64,000 nucleotides of DNA from an uncultured bacterium (lineage in GTDB: Bacteria; Chloroflexota; UBA5177; JANWHV01). The stretch lies in assembly GCA_963729625.1 (NCBI GenBank), contig CAVSOU010000004.1, forward strand, positions 1 through 64,000, in the 5' to 3' direction. Both the position numbers and the translations under genes were made by a program. The first letter of the stretch is position 1, and the number at the start of each line of letters is the position of its first letter. This document shows, in pieces, positions 49,783-59,454 of this stretch. The notes beneath the pieces are model-generated. The model did no database searches and was not told the origin of the DNA. It saw nothing but the letters and a program-made list of their open reading frames with translations.

Positions 49783-50664
49783 CTAGGTGAATTGCGGGAC
49801 GACCTCGCGCGCAAACCGCGTCTGGGGCTCCTGGTCGTAGGCATTGCGCGGAATGGTCACGATGAAATAGTCCGCACCAGCGTCCACGTACTGCTCAAGC
49901 CGCTCCCGCACACGGTCGGGAGTGCCAACGATGGTTTGCCGCGCGTACTCCTCGTAGGCCTGGCTGCCCCGGACGCGCGCAGTTTCCTGCTCGGCGGTGG
50001 CCATGTTCTCCACCAGGTGCACCGTCACCCCAGTCGATTTAATGATCGTGTCGTAGTCGCGACCGAGGGTCTCGCAATGTTGCTTGAGAACCGCCAGCTT
50101 ATGGCGCACAGTTTCCGGGTCGGGGCCGACGTTACAGGCATCACCCCAGCGGGCGACGAGCTTGAGCGTGACTTTTTCCCCACCGCCTCCGATCCACAAA
50201 GGCAGGTGCGGCTTCTGTACCCCTCTCGGCTCGTTGATGGGGCGGTCGATGGCATAGTACCGGCCCTGAAATACTGGGTAGGCTTCCGTCCACATGCGGT
50301 GAATGATCTCGCACGCTTCGGCCAGTCGGGCCAGGCGCTCGCGCGTCTCGGGAAAGCCATAGCCGTAGGCACGCCACTCGTGCTCGTACCACCCGGCGCC
50401 GATGCCGGCATAGAGTCGGCCATGGCTGGCCACATCGACGGTTGAGGCCAGCTTGGCGTAGAGAGCTGGACTGCGGTAGCCGTTGCAGGTGACCATCTGG
50501 CCGATCTTCACGCGGCTGGTATCACGCGATAGGGTCGCGGTGATCGTCCAGCACTCGAACGTCGTCTCAATCTCGGGTGCGGGTACGGTATGGAAATGGT
50601 CGAACACCCAGATGGAGTCCCAGCCAGCTTCGCGGTCAGCAGCTTGAGCGACGCGGGTCAGCGC
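49783..50664 (-). CDS. LLM-class F420-dependent oxidoreductase, 5' end apparently lost
   Basis: GWDSIWVFDHFH, FECWT, GQMVTCNGYR.PA, SHGRL..GIGAGW.E.E, LWIGGGGEK. Similarity ends near 50664 with no clear start. Confidence 0.85.
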   Translation of the reverse strand, partial: ALTRVAQAADREAGWDSIWVFDHFHTVPAPEIETTFECWTITATLSRDTSRVKIGQMVTCNGYRSPALYAKLASTVDVASHGRLYAGIGAGWYEHEWRAYGYGFPETRERLARLAEACEIIHRMWTEAYPVFQGRYYAIDRPINEPRGVQKPHLPLWIGGGGEKVTLKLVARWGDACNVGPDPETVRHKLAVLKQHCETLGRDYDTIIKSTGVTVHLVENMATAEQETARVRGSQAYEEYARQTIVGTPDRVRERLEQYVDAGADYFIVTIPRNAYDQEPQTRFAREVVPQFT

Positions 50665-50965
50665 TTGACAACGCCCTGGCAGTGTCTCGCCGTGCGCACT
50701 CGTACTACAGCCCAACGCTGCGACGAATATGTATGCACCTGACGCGACCAGCAAACATGGCAGAAACACTGCTCTTCGAGGCGACTGATCAGGAACTCCA
50801 GCGAGCCCGATACGGGCGCAGGTGTTGCAATGCGCGTGAGTGAGGCTCGTTCGACAAGTCGGACACGCTTCGGCGGGCCGCAAGCACTGAGCAGCGGGGC
50901 TGATAGCCGCGCGGTACCATTGAGGCAGCCCGGCCGGGAACGAGCATCGGGCCGGGGATTCCATC

Positions 50966-52048
50966 GTGGGGACACCGCCCGTGAGAACGCACGCGCAGGA
51001 CCGAGCGCCAGACGAGCCGCCGCCCGGGCTGCGGCAGGCCCTGTTAACGGAGCCGGCAGGCCTGGATGGCGGGGTTCGTTGCCGGCAGTGCCAGCGGCTA
51101 TGCTCCCTGCCACCTGGCAAGATTGGCTACTGCCGCACCAAGGTCAACCTCGACGGCACAGTCTACGACGGCATCTACGGCGTTGTCGCGGCAGCCGCCG
51201 CCGATCCCATCGAGAAAAAGCCGGTCTACCACTACCGGCCCGGGACGCGCGTCTTCTCGGTCGGCTCGCCGGGCTGCAACTTCCGCTGCCGGTTCTGCCA
51301 GAACTGGGAGCTGGCCTACGCCGATCCGTGCCAGCAAGGCAGGTGGCCTGCGCCCAATTTGGCCCCGGCAGCGTTAGTTGAAGCTGCGTTAGCGCAGAGC
51401 TGCCAAGGGGTGGCGTGGACGTACAGTGAGCCGTCGATCTGGCTTACCTACACGCTGGAGTGTGCGCAACTGGCCAAGGCGGCCGGGCTGTACACGGTGT
51501 ACGTGACCAACGGCTACGCGACGCGGGAGCACCTGGACCTCATCGCACCCTACCTGGACGTGTACCGGGTCGACATCAAGAGCACGGGCGACCGATTCTA
51601 CCAGGCCCTGGCGCACACGCGTCCGAAGGACCTGCTGGCGGTGACGGCGCGGGCTCGGGCCCGGTGGGGGCTGCACGTCGAGTGCGTAACCAACGTAGTG
51701 CCAGGTTGGAACGACAGCGACGTCGAGCTGCGGCAGACGGCGGCGTGGATCGCGGCGAACCTGGGTGGGCTGACGCCCTGGCACCTGACGCGGTTCTTCC
51801 CGGCGGCGCAGATGCTCGAGACGCCAGCGACGCCGGTGGCGACGCTGCTGCGCGGTCGCTGCCTGGGACAGGCGGAGGGCTTGCGGTACGTCTACCTCGG
51901 CAACGTGGCGGACATCGCCGGCGACACGAAATGTCCTGGCTGCGGGCTGGTGCTCATCCGGCGGGCGGGGTACCGGGTGCAAGTCATCGGTACGATCAGG
52001 GGCGGTCGGTGCGGCCGCTGTGGCGCGAGTGTCAACATCACACTGTAA
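50966..52048 (+). CDS. amrS: AmmeMemoRadiSam system radical SAM enzyme
   Basis: N-terminal CRQCQRLC..GYC, DPIEKKPVYHY.PG, GCNFRCRFCQNW (CxxxCxxC), TYSEP, YVYLGNV, C-terminal CxxC..CxxC. Confidence 0.92.
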   Translation: MGTPPVRTHAQDRAPDEPPPGLRQALLTEPAGLDGGVRCRQCQRLCSLPPGKIGYCRTKVNLDGTVYDGIYGVVAAAAADPIEKKPVYHYRPGTRVFSVGSPGCNFRCRFCQNWELAYADPCQQGRWPAPNLAPAALVEAALAQSCQGVAWTYSEPSIWLTYTLECAQLAKAAGLYTVYVTNGYATREHLDLIAPYLDVYRVDIKSTGDRFYQALAHTRPKDLLAVTARARARWGLHVECVTNVVPGWNDSDVELRQTAAWIAANLGGLTPWHLTRFFPAAQMLETPATPVATLLRGRCLGQAEGLRYVYLGNVADIAGDTKCPGCGLVLIRRAGYRVQVIGTIRGGRCGRCGASVNITL

Positions 52049-52242
52049 GCAGTAGCAGCGTTGCCCTGATCGACTGTCCGGCAGGATCTGGCGCCTCGCC
52101 TATCCGGCAGCGAAGGGCTCGAGCCGACGTCGACGGGCGCCGCTGCGGGAGTTGACGTCGCCTGCTGAGCGCGGCATACTGGGCGCGGCGCATGGCGCGC
52201 GGCGGCGCCCGTTCGCGAGGCGTGAGGAGGGAACACGGCGGC

Positions 52243-52896
52243 ATGTTGGTCGGCGCGGCATTCCTGCCCCATCCAGCGATTCTCTTGCCGGCGTTCGCCG
52301 CCCAACGTGGGGATGCGGTAGACGAGACCATAGTAGCGGTGCGCCGGGCGTGCCGGTGGATGGCGGATGACTTGCGCCCGGCGCGCCTCATTATCGCCTC
52401 GCCCCACCGCGGTCACGGCTTTGACGTGCCCATGTACTTCCTCCGCGAGTCGCTCGGCCGGCTGCCTGCGGTTGAGCAGATCCTGACGGTGTGGGAGGAG
52501 CCCTTGGCCGCGTACGGTGCGCTGGGGGAGGCCATCGCGGCACGCGAACGTGCGAATGAGACGCGGGTGGCCGTCGTGGCATCCGGTGACTGCTCGCACG
52601 TCCTCTTGGCCAGTGGACCCTACGGCTACCATCCCGCAGGGCCCCTGCTCGATGCGGCAATCGTGAAGGCCGTCCGCTCCGGCGACCCGGCGAATCTGCT
52701 CGGCATCGATGAGGCGATCGTGGAGGCTGGCAAGGCGTGCGGCCTGCGATCCTTCCTCCTCGCACTGGCGGCGGTGCGTCCGTCGTGGTGCGAGGTGCTT
52801 TCCTACCAGGCCCCCTATGGGGTTGGCTACCTTGTCGCGACAGCTGACTCGACGGCTGCGGTGGGCGCGCTGGAGCATGCGGTGGGGAAGGGGTGA
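52243..52896 (+). CDS. MEMO1/LigB-like (class III extradiol dioxygenase subunit B-like) AmmeMemoRadiSam component
   Basis: AAFLPHPAILLP, IASPH, VASGDCSH..GPYGY, CGLRS, LSYQAPYGVGYLVA. Confidence 0.85.
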   Translation: MLVGAAFLPHPAILLPAFAAQRGDAVDETIVAVRRACRWMADDLRPARLIIASPHRGHGFDVPMYFLRESLGRLPAVEQILTVWEEPLAAYGALGEAIAARERANETRVAVVASGDCSHVLLASGPYGYHPAGPLLDAAIVKAVRSGDPANLLGIDEAIVEAGKACGLRSFLLALAAVRPSWCEVLSYQAPYGVGYLVATADSTAAVGALEHAVGKG

Positions 52897-53178
52897 GACC
52901 GGGTAGACAGATGCCTGTTGGCTAATGCCGGCTAGTGTCCGTGTGCATGCTTATCCAGCTTGTGCCAGGCCTTGACAGGTGACCGGCTGCACGGTCTGGA
53001 CGCGATCTTGCTCGCCTGCGTTGGGCGCAAGTGTCGTGTCGTGGAGAGGCGCCAGGGTCGTCGTGAGCCGCGCGCGCGGCGCCCAGCCAACTGGAATCGC
53101 GCGCTGGAGGCCCAAGACCGCCCTTCCCCTTCCCCGGCCTCGGCACAATCCCGGAGGGAGAGGAGTCAGCACGCCAGG

Positions 53179-55494
53179 TCAGGTCTCCAGCCGCGCCAGG
53201 GCAGCCAGATCCTCCGCACGCTGCTTGGCCCGCCGCTCGTAGCTGGCCTGGTTCTTGGTGCAGACCAGGGTGTAGGGGCGCCCTTTGCGCTCCGTGGTCA
53301 CGTCCAGGTCGGCGTTGGCGGCCCGGATTGTCCCTTCCACGTGCTGCCGGTCAAGCTCGGCAGCCTTGAGGCTCCACGTCTTGCGGGCGGGATCGGCCAG
53401 AAACTGGCCGAGCGAGCTGCAGTTGGCGCAGTGGCAGGTGAGCGTGCTCTCCCTTCTCCAGTCAGGTGGCGGTGCCAGCGGCTGGGCGATACGCGCCCGG
53501 AGGTGCTCCAGACAGATGTCGCGCAAGCGGCGCACGGCCGGCACGTTCCGGCTCGCCGACTGGTCGTGCAGGCGGAGCAGCGCGGGTACGAGCACCGCGT
53601 CCGTGTCAAAGGTCTTGGGCCAGGCCAGCACGTAGTCCGCCATGGCATCCGCAAGATTGGCGTCGATGCTGCCCAAGGCAGTGAGCGCGTCCGCGACCAC
53701 GGCCCAGTCGACCGTCCGAGGTCCCCACATCGTGGCTGCTGACTGTCTGCGTGCCGGGTCGCCCGGCAGTGCCGCCAACAGGGCGGCCGCGGCGGGCCGT
53801 AGGTCCCAGCCGCTGCCTGCGGCGGCGGCTCGGGCCAGCAGGTCGGCGCAGGCGCCGAGCGCTCCTGCCGCATTGGCGGCGATGACCCGCGCGATCAGCG
53901 CGGCCGCCCGCTCCGGAGCCAGCAGTTCTGCGGCCAGCAGCAGAGCGTCGTTGTCACCCTGCATATGCATACCTGTGGCTGTAATCTCGGCCAGAAAGGC
54001 GTCAATGTTCGCCACATCGTGCAGCCGGATCAGCAAGCGCAGCATGGTCGTGGTATCGCCCGGCGCTTGGCCTAGGCCCGGGTACCCTGACCCTTCGCCC
54101 GGCCAGTGGTGCAGCATGTGCCCGGCGAGTTCGTGGGCCTGCTGCCAGAGATCCGCCGTTTCCCCTGCGCCGCTTTCCTCCCACTGCCTGGCCAGCTCCG
54201 CCAGGTAGGGCAGGGTCGCCCGCGTGCCGGCCTGCGCGAGCACGGCGAGGCGCCGCCGCTGCGGCCAGAGCACCAATGCCGCGCGATGGTAGGTACGCTC
54301 GAAGGAGCCGCCCTCGTTGCCGGTCGCCTCCTGGAAGTACTGCTCGTCGGGCTGCAGCGCTTCCAGGGCGTCCGGCGGGCACAGCTCCTCCGATTCCTCC
54401 TCGAGCGGCAGCTCAGGCAATTCCGCCTGGCCGCCATCCGGGCGCTGCCAGTGGGAGAGGGTGGCCACGCGGTCGGACACCTCGACGACCTCGTAGTCCT
54501 CCTCATCTTCCTCCTCCTCCTCGTCCGATCGCCACCGACGGTGCGGCGCGTAGTCACCGATGTACTCGGCGGGACCGCTCTCCCGGATGGAGAGCAGGGC
54601 CAGGTGTAGGTCGCACCTCGCCTGCTGCGCTGCCGACGTCAGCACTGCCGCCACCGCGGCATCGGCCCCTTTGAGGGCAGCGAACGACAGCGCCGCCGGC
54701 GTATAGGCGTGTTCCAGCGGGCAGATCAGCTTCTCGGGCGACTCGTCGTCTGGCAAGCCGGCGCGTTCTGCCCACTGCCGCAGCACCGTCGCGCTGCTGG
54801 CCTGCTCATGTTCATAGCTGGGCGGCTGGGGCAGGTGCTCCGCATGCTTCCGGTCGCCGTCTCGCCGTAGCAGGTTGTAGACAAGTGTCAGGCGGTAGCC
54901 TGCGGTGACCGGCAGCACCGCGTGCACGCAGTCCGCATAGAAGGCCGCGAAGGCTACCTCCGAGGGATCGCTACACTGCAGAGCGAGCTGCACCTCGCGG
55001 TCTTTGTGCTGCAGCACGAGTTCGCCGCCCGCGTAGACCGAAGGCAGGACGATGACCAGGGTGGCGAACATGCCCGGCGCTTTCTCGGTGTCGCGATGGC
55101 CGACGAAGAAGCTGCCCTCGTCGTAGACGAGGAGCTTGTACAGCGCTGCCTCGACCGGCTCGCTAACGCCCAGACCCTCAGAGACGCGCGCCACGATGGC
55201 CGCCAGGTTTTCGGCCCAGTGTCGACCCTGAAAGCGGACCCGATCCGCGCTGATCTGCCACACCCGCCGCACCTCAGTATCGAGGAGGGTCTCCTCGCCG
55301 CGGCCGTAGGGAGCGCGCTCGGCCACGGCAACAAGCTGTGTGGCCTGGGCCGGCAGGAGCGGCAAGGCGACGACGCCGGCGCCGTCCACCGCCAGGCCCG
55401 GCGCGTAGACCTCGGCCGTTCCCGCAGCATAGAAGTCGCCAGGCCGGACAATTGTGCGCAGGATCGCGGCCAGCTCAGTGGAAAGCGTGGACAT
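53179..55494 (-). CDS. Large 2OG-Fe(II) oxygenase-domain protein
   Basis: APYGRGEETLLD, LYKLLVYDEGSFFVGHRDTEK (HxD), FYADCVHAVLPVTAGYRLTLVYNL, then a long helical C-terminus with CHCANC. AGGAG RBS. Confidence 0.9.
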   Translation of the reverse strand: MSTLSTELAAILRTIVRPGDFYAAGTAEVYAPGLAVDGAGVVALPLLPAQATQLVAVAERAPYGRGEETLLDTEVRRVWQISADRVRFQGRHWAENLAAIVARVSEGLGVSEPVEAALYKLLVYDEGSFFVGHRDTEKAPGMFATLVIVLPSVYAGGELVLQHKDREVQLALQCSDPSEVAFAAFYADCVHAVLPVTAGYRLTLVYNLLRRDGDRKHAEHLPQPPSYEHEQASSATVLRQWAERAGLPDDESPEKLICPLEHAYTPAALSFAALKGADAAVAAVLTSAAQQARCDLHLALLSIRESGPAEYIGDYAPHRRWRSDEEEEEDEEDYEVVEVSDRVATLSHWQRPDGGQAELPELPLEEESEELCPPDALEALQPDEQYFQEATGNEGGSFERTYHRAALVLWPQRRRLAVLAQAGTRATLPYLAELARQWEESGAGETADLWQQAHELAGHMLHHWPGEGSGYPGLGQAPGDTTTMLRLLIRLHDVANIDAFLAEITATGMHMQGDNDALLLAAELLAPERAAALIARVIAANAAGALGACADLLARAAAAGSGWDLRPAAAALLAALPGDPARRQSAATMWGPRTVDWAVVADALTALGSIDANLADAMADYVLAWPKTFDTDAVLVPALLRLHDQSASRNVPAVRRLRDICLEHLRARIAQPLAPPPDWRRESTLTCHCANCSSLGQFLADPARKTWSLKAAELDRQHVEGTIRAANADLDVTTERKGRPYTLVCTKNQASYERRAKQRAEDLAALARLET

Positions 55495-55885
55495 TGCTGC
55501 TCCTCTTGCACCTGCACGCCAGCCACAGCCGATTTCGTTGTGGCAGCGGCAGCCGGTCGTGCATGGCTCCGGCTCCGGCCATGCGGTCTGCCACCGATTC
55601 CACCATAGCACCTGTAGCGCTAGGGCCTCTGTTGCGCGCGTCGTCCACAGCAGTGGCGAGGGCGTCGAGCCACTGTCGCCATCGTGCATACCCATACGCC
55701 GCCACACAAGGTCCCACGACGGCTCGGGCGAGAAACATAGAGCTTCAGCCACGAAACGGTACGCTCACGGCGTGGGCGCATCGCTCTCATTGCCCCATCT
55801 GATCAGGTACTGCGGCCAGAGAAGGTTGCTACGATGGAGCTGTGGTAGGTGTGCTGGTGCGGACGAGGCGGGAGTGAATAGGCCA

Positions 55886-56689
55886 ATGCACGAGGATCGC
55901 CTGCGGGACGTGTGGGCCAGTGGTGCCAGCTACGAACCATTCATTGGGCGCTGGAGTCGCCTCGTCGCCCGCGAGTTCCTGGGCTGGCTGGCCGTGCCGC
56001 CAGCGAGTCGCTGGCTCGACGTGGCGTGTGGAACTGGCGCGCTGAGCCAGACGATCGTGCAGTGCGCGGCGCCTGGAGCCGTGACTGGCGTGGATGCCTC
56101 GCCTGCCTACATTGCGTATGCTGCACAGTCGACCAGCGATACACGCCTGCGCTACGTGGTGGGGGAGGCGCAGGCCCTGCCGGTCGAGACGGCCGAGTAT
56201 GATGCCGCGGTAGCTGGCCTTGCCCTCAACTTCCTGCCGAATCCGGGAGGAGCCGTGGCCGAGATGGTGCGGGCAACGCGGGCAGGTGGTCAGGTTGCGG
56301 CCTACGTCTGGGACTACGCCGCCGGCATGGAGATTCTTCGCCGGTTCTGGGACGTGGCCGTCGCGCTCGACCCGGACGCCGAACAGCTCGACGAAGGCCG
56401 TCGCTTCCCGCTGTGCGCGCCTGGACCGCTCACCACCCTCTTCCATGCCGCGCCGCTGGCGGACGTCACCGTGCAGGCGATCGAGGTGGCAACGCCGTTC
56501 CGTGACTTCGATGCGTACTGGGTGCCGTTCCTTGGCGGCCAAGGTCCGGCGCCGGCGTATGTCATGGCGCTCGATGCCAGGCGCCGCACTGCGTTGCGCG
56601 ACCGGCTGCGTGCGACCCTCCCTGTCCGCGACGAGGGCACGATTGCGTTGACGGCCCGCGCGTGGGCGGTGCGCGGCAGGCGGCTGTGA
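55886..56689 (+). CDS. Class I SAM-dependent methyltransferase
   Basis: YEPFIGRWSR, WLDVACGTGAL, GVDAS, GGQVAAYVWDY. Confidence 0.92.
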   Translation: MHEDRLRDVWASGASYEPFIGRWSRLVAREFLGWLAVPPASRWLDVACGTGALSQTIVQCAAPGAVTGVDASPAYIAYAAQSTSDTRLRYVVGEAQALPVETAEYDAAVAGLALNFLPNPGGAVAEMVRATRAGGQVAAYVWDYAAGMEILRRFWDVAVALDPDAEQLDEGRRFPLCAPGPLTTLFHAAPLADVTVQAIEVATPFRDFDAYWVPFLGGQGPAPAYVMALDARRRTALRDRLRATLPVRDEGTIALTARAWAVRGRRL

Positions 56690-56821
56690 CTGGCATATTC
56701 TTGCAGTGGATCCCTGGCGGGCCACCGTCGTGGACTCACCCCTCACTGCCCGGAGCTGCCGCGCGATCGGGGCGCATGCCTCACGCCCGGATATCGGAGA
56801 CAGAAGAGGCGCGTTGTCTCC

Positions 56822-57310
56822 TTACGGCACAGCGGGCGCAACAAGTGCCTGCTCGACCTCCTGCGCGTGCCCACTGGGGTGTTTGCCCACGATCATGAGC
56901 AGGAGATCGGCCATCGGCATTTGCCGGTCCGACGACAACGCGACCACGTTCGCCAACAGGTCGTCGGAGAGGGCCTGCACCTTCGCCGCCAGCGCAGTCT
57001 GTCCGGCTTGGAATGCGGCCAGCAAGTCGTCCTTGTCCTTCTCGACGTAGGCCGCGACCATCTGGTGGTTGCGATCGTGCAGACTGCCCACCTCGCCGAA
57101 TAGCGGCTGACCGTCGACCAGGCGCTGCAGTATGCGCTCGTACGTCACCCCGCCGGCTGCGAGATGCGCCAACACCTCCTTCGCCGTCCAGCCTCCCTCT
57201 TCCTGGTGCACCCGGCAATCCAGTTGAGTTGCGGTGAGCGGGCCGAACGTGCGCAGCACGTCCGCGGTCGCCTGCCGCATTGCGTCAAGTATTTCGACTT
57301 TGCTGGTCAT
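56822..57310 (-). CDS. DinB/maleylpyruvate isomerase N-terminal superfamily protein
   Basis: GWTAKEVLAHLA and a C-terminal H..GHAQEV. Confidence 0.8.
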   Translation of the reverse strand: MTSKVEILDAMRQATADVLRTFGPLTATQLDCRVHQEEGGWTAKEVLAHLAAGGVTYERILQRLVDGQPLFGEVGSLHDRNHQMVAAYVEKDKDDLLAAFQAGQTALAAKVQALSDDLLANVVALSSDRQMPMADLLLMIVGKHPSGHAQEVEQALVAPAVP

Positions 57311-57650
57311 CGACGTCACTCCCTCGCCTTGCCTCGCCCAGTCGCAGGATCCACACGTCACCCGTCACCGACACTGAGCAGGCGTGCTCGCAAGTACTAC
57401 TGTACCGATCTCGGCTGGGGGCGTGGTACTGAGTGCGGCCCGCGGAGAACCGGAGAACTACCGCCATCTCGGCGCATCCCTTCGTAGCTGGCACCGCCAG
57501 CACCGTCTGTTGTCCTCGCACAGGTCCGCAGCGGCGCCGCCGCTGAGCAACTCGTGGCACCAAGTGCAGGAGCAGACATGCAGGAGCAAGAGAGTGGAGA
57601 CCTTGCAAAGGCAGAACCAGGCACTTGGCCATATACATCAGGAATCGGTG

Positions 57651-57824
57651 TCACGCCCCCGGCTTCTTGAGGAATCTCAAGTAGAAGGCCCAGAACACTG
57701 TGACAATGGCGATGTTCACGAGCAGCCGTTCCCAGAAGTGATGCCTGAAGAACAGTACATCCACACTCACGACAACGGCAATCAACACCACGACATACAG
57801 CGCAACAGGCATCTGCCTTGTCAT
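57651..57824 (-). CDS. Small two-TM membrane protein (57 aa), not in the ORF track
   Basis: GGGAG RBS then MTRQMPVALYVVVLIAVVVSVDVLFFRHHFWERLLVNIAIVTVFWAFYLRFLKKPGA*. Confidence 0.75.
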   Translation of the reverse strand: MTRQMPVALYVVVLIAVVVSVDVLFFRHHFWERLLVNIAIVTVFWAFYLRFLKKPGA

Positions 57825-57865
57825 TTCAATCTCCCGTCAAGTTACATCACAAGCTCAGCACAGGC

Positions 57866-58138
57866 TCACGTTCTGGGCGATGCGGAGCGGGCGATGGTCA
57901 GCTCCCAGTAGCCGGCCGCGAATGCCACCGCCGCCGCCGCGAGGAACAGCGCTGCCCACCCGTACGTCTTCCAATCGGCACCACCGAAGGAGAGCGTCAG
58001 GACGCCACAGACGGCCAAGACGATACCACCGTCAATGCGCGCGCCTGCAACGGCACGGAGGTGGCGGTACTCCCATGGCGGGATCAAACGTCGCATGCCG
58101 GTGCGCGGGGGAATGGTGTTGTCATGCCGTGCGTCCAT
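57866..58138 (-). CDS. Small membrane protein (90 aa)
   Basis: AGAGGAG RBS, LIPPWEYRHLR, two hydrophobic helices. Confidence 0.7.
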   Translation of the reverse strand: MDARHDNTIPPRTGMRRLIPPWEYRHLRAVAGARIDGGIVLAVCGVLTLSFGGADWKTYGWAALFLAAAAVAFAAGYWELTIARSASPRT

Positions 58139-58897
58139 GGACTGTCTCCTCTGACCTGCGGTGTCCGGCCAGTCCGTTCGCCTAGCAAGGCGGTAGCACG
58201 GTGAGAGGTGGGTCGTCAAGAGCGACCATCGCGAGGGTCCGACCGGGCGGGTACGTGTGCTCGCCGCGCGCGGCCGGTCTGGGAGCATCGCGCACCCGAC
58301 GCACGGCTCTGGCAGTTCGGCATCACCTGGTACCCGGCCGTCGCGGAATGCAGGCGTGGTCGGCCCCGTGATCGCGACGGGTTAGGCGGAAGGCGTCTCG
58401 TGAGATAGCGGCACCGACCGAGCCCGACCGTATGAAGATACAGTTCCAGCTGCGACTTCGTGTTGCTAGAGCGGTTCAGTTCGGGGCTCGCGGAGTGCGT
58501 AATGCTCGGGCGCATGGCTTCGATCTCGTGTCTAGTGGCGGCAGCGGTGTAAGCAGCGCATCACGCGGACACTGCCCAGCTGACCCGCCCAGCACGGTCA
58601 GTGGCACAGCCATGAAGGAAGCACTGCGTCGTCGCGCGGTTCCGGCGATACGGCTGGGTGAGAGCGGGTCCCCAGTACTGGTCGGCAAAGTAGTGGTCAA
58701 ACCATGCGTTGGTAATAAGCGTGTGCCAGCGCGGCCTGCGAGTAGCCCCCGCGTGGCGTGGCAAGTGACGCACTGAGGTCACGACGCGCGGCAGCTATGA
58801 TGTTATGCCACAAGTGGCTGTTGTACGAAGCTTTCGTTGCCTTACCCCACGTAGGGCCTGCACGGTTCGGGCGTGGTCGGCCTCTCCGGCCGGCTCC

Positions 58898-59140
58898 AGC
58901 GCTAGCGGAAGAGGCGGCTCAACAGCGGGACCTCACCATGGTGATCGGCCAGCTGGAAGCCTTCGCCGCTACCGTCTGCCAGCGCTTGGTCACGTTGGAC
59001 TGGACCACGCAGCGATCCGTGATCCGGGCACTCATCAAGCGGGTCGAGATCGATCGTAATGACGTGAAGGTGATCTTCCGCATCAACCCGATGACCTTGC
59101 TACCGCCCGCCAACACCCCAAGTTCGCACTATTGTTGGGG
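58898..59140 (+). pseudogene. C-terminal fragment of a large serine recombinase
   Basis: LTMVIGQLEAFAATV...LDWTTQRSVIRALIKRVEIDRNDVKVIFRI fits the typical LSR C-terminal pattern. Confidence 0.7.
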
Positions 59141-59350
59141 GGCGTGGCCACCACACCTTGGGGCGTGCCTTCGTCGGTCTCGAAGAACGCGCCCATATCC
59201 ACGTACCTCGCTTTCAGCCACTGTTTGATGAAACGTCGGCAGTTTACACACGCTGGCCGACCTCATTTCATTGCTCGAATCCACGCATTTGGTGCATGAC
59301 CCGTCTGTCGCAGGCGAGTTCTTGCCTGGGGTACCATAGTGACCGTCTGG
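59130..59350 (-). pseudogene. Decayed group II intron reverse transcriptase fragment (domains 3-4)
   Basis: Minus strand FIKQWLKARYVDMGAFFETDEGTPQG, versus consensus IxxWLKAGY...GTPQG. Confidence 0.75.
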
Positions 59351-59454
59351 GCTAAGCCGGAGCTGGCTGCGTGTTCCCCACGTCAACCTGAGCGCGTGCG
59401 CGCACAGCCTAATTGCGCGGCCAGGTTTGGCTCAACGCCGAGCGCGGCGCAGCA

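Noticed and set aside
52990-53110. IS4-like transposase C-terminal words (RRQGRREPRARRP)
   Set aside because: Short and low-complexity, with no DDE domain or inverted repeats found.
58200-58340. Group II intron domain V/VI downstream of the RT remnant
   Set aside because: No convincing GAGCCG..GAAA..CACGT.CGGTT consensus hairpin could be built.
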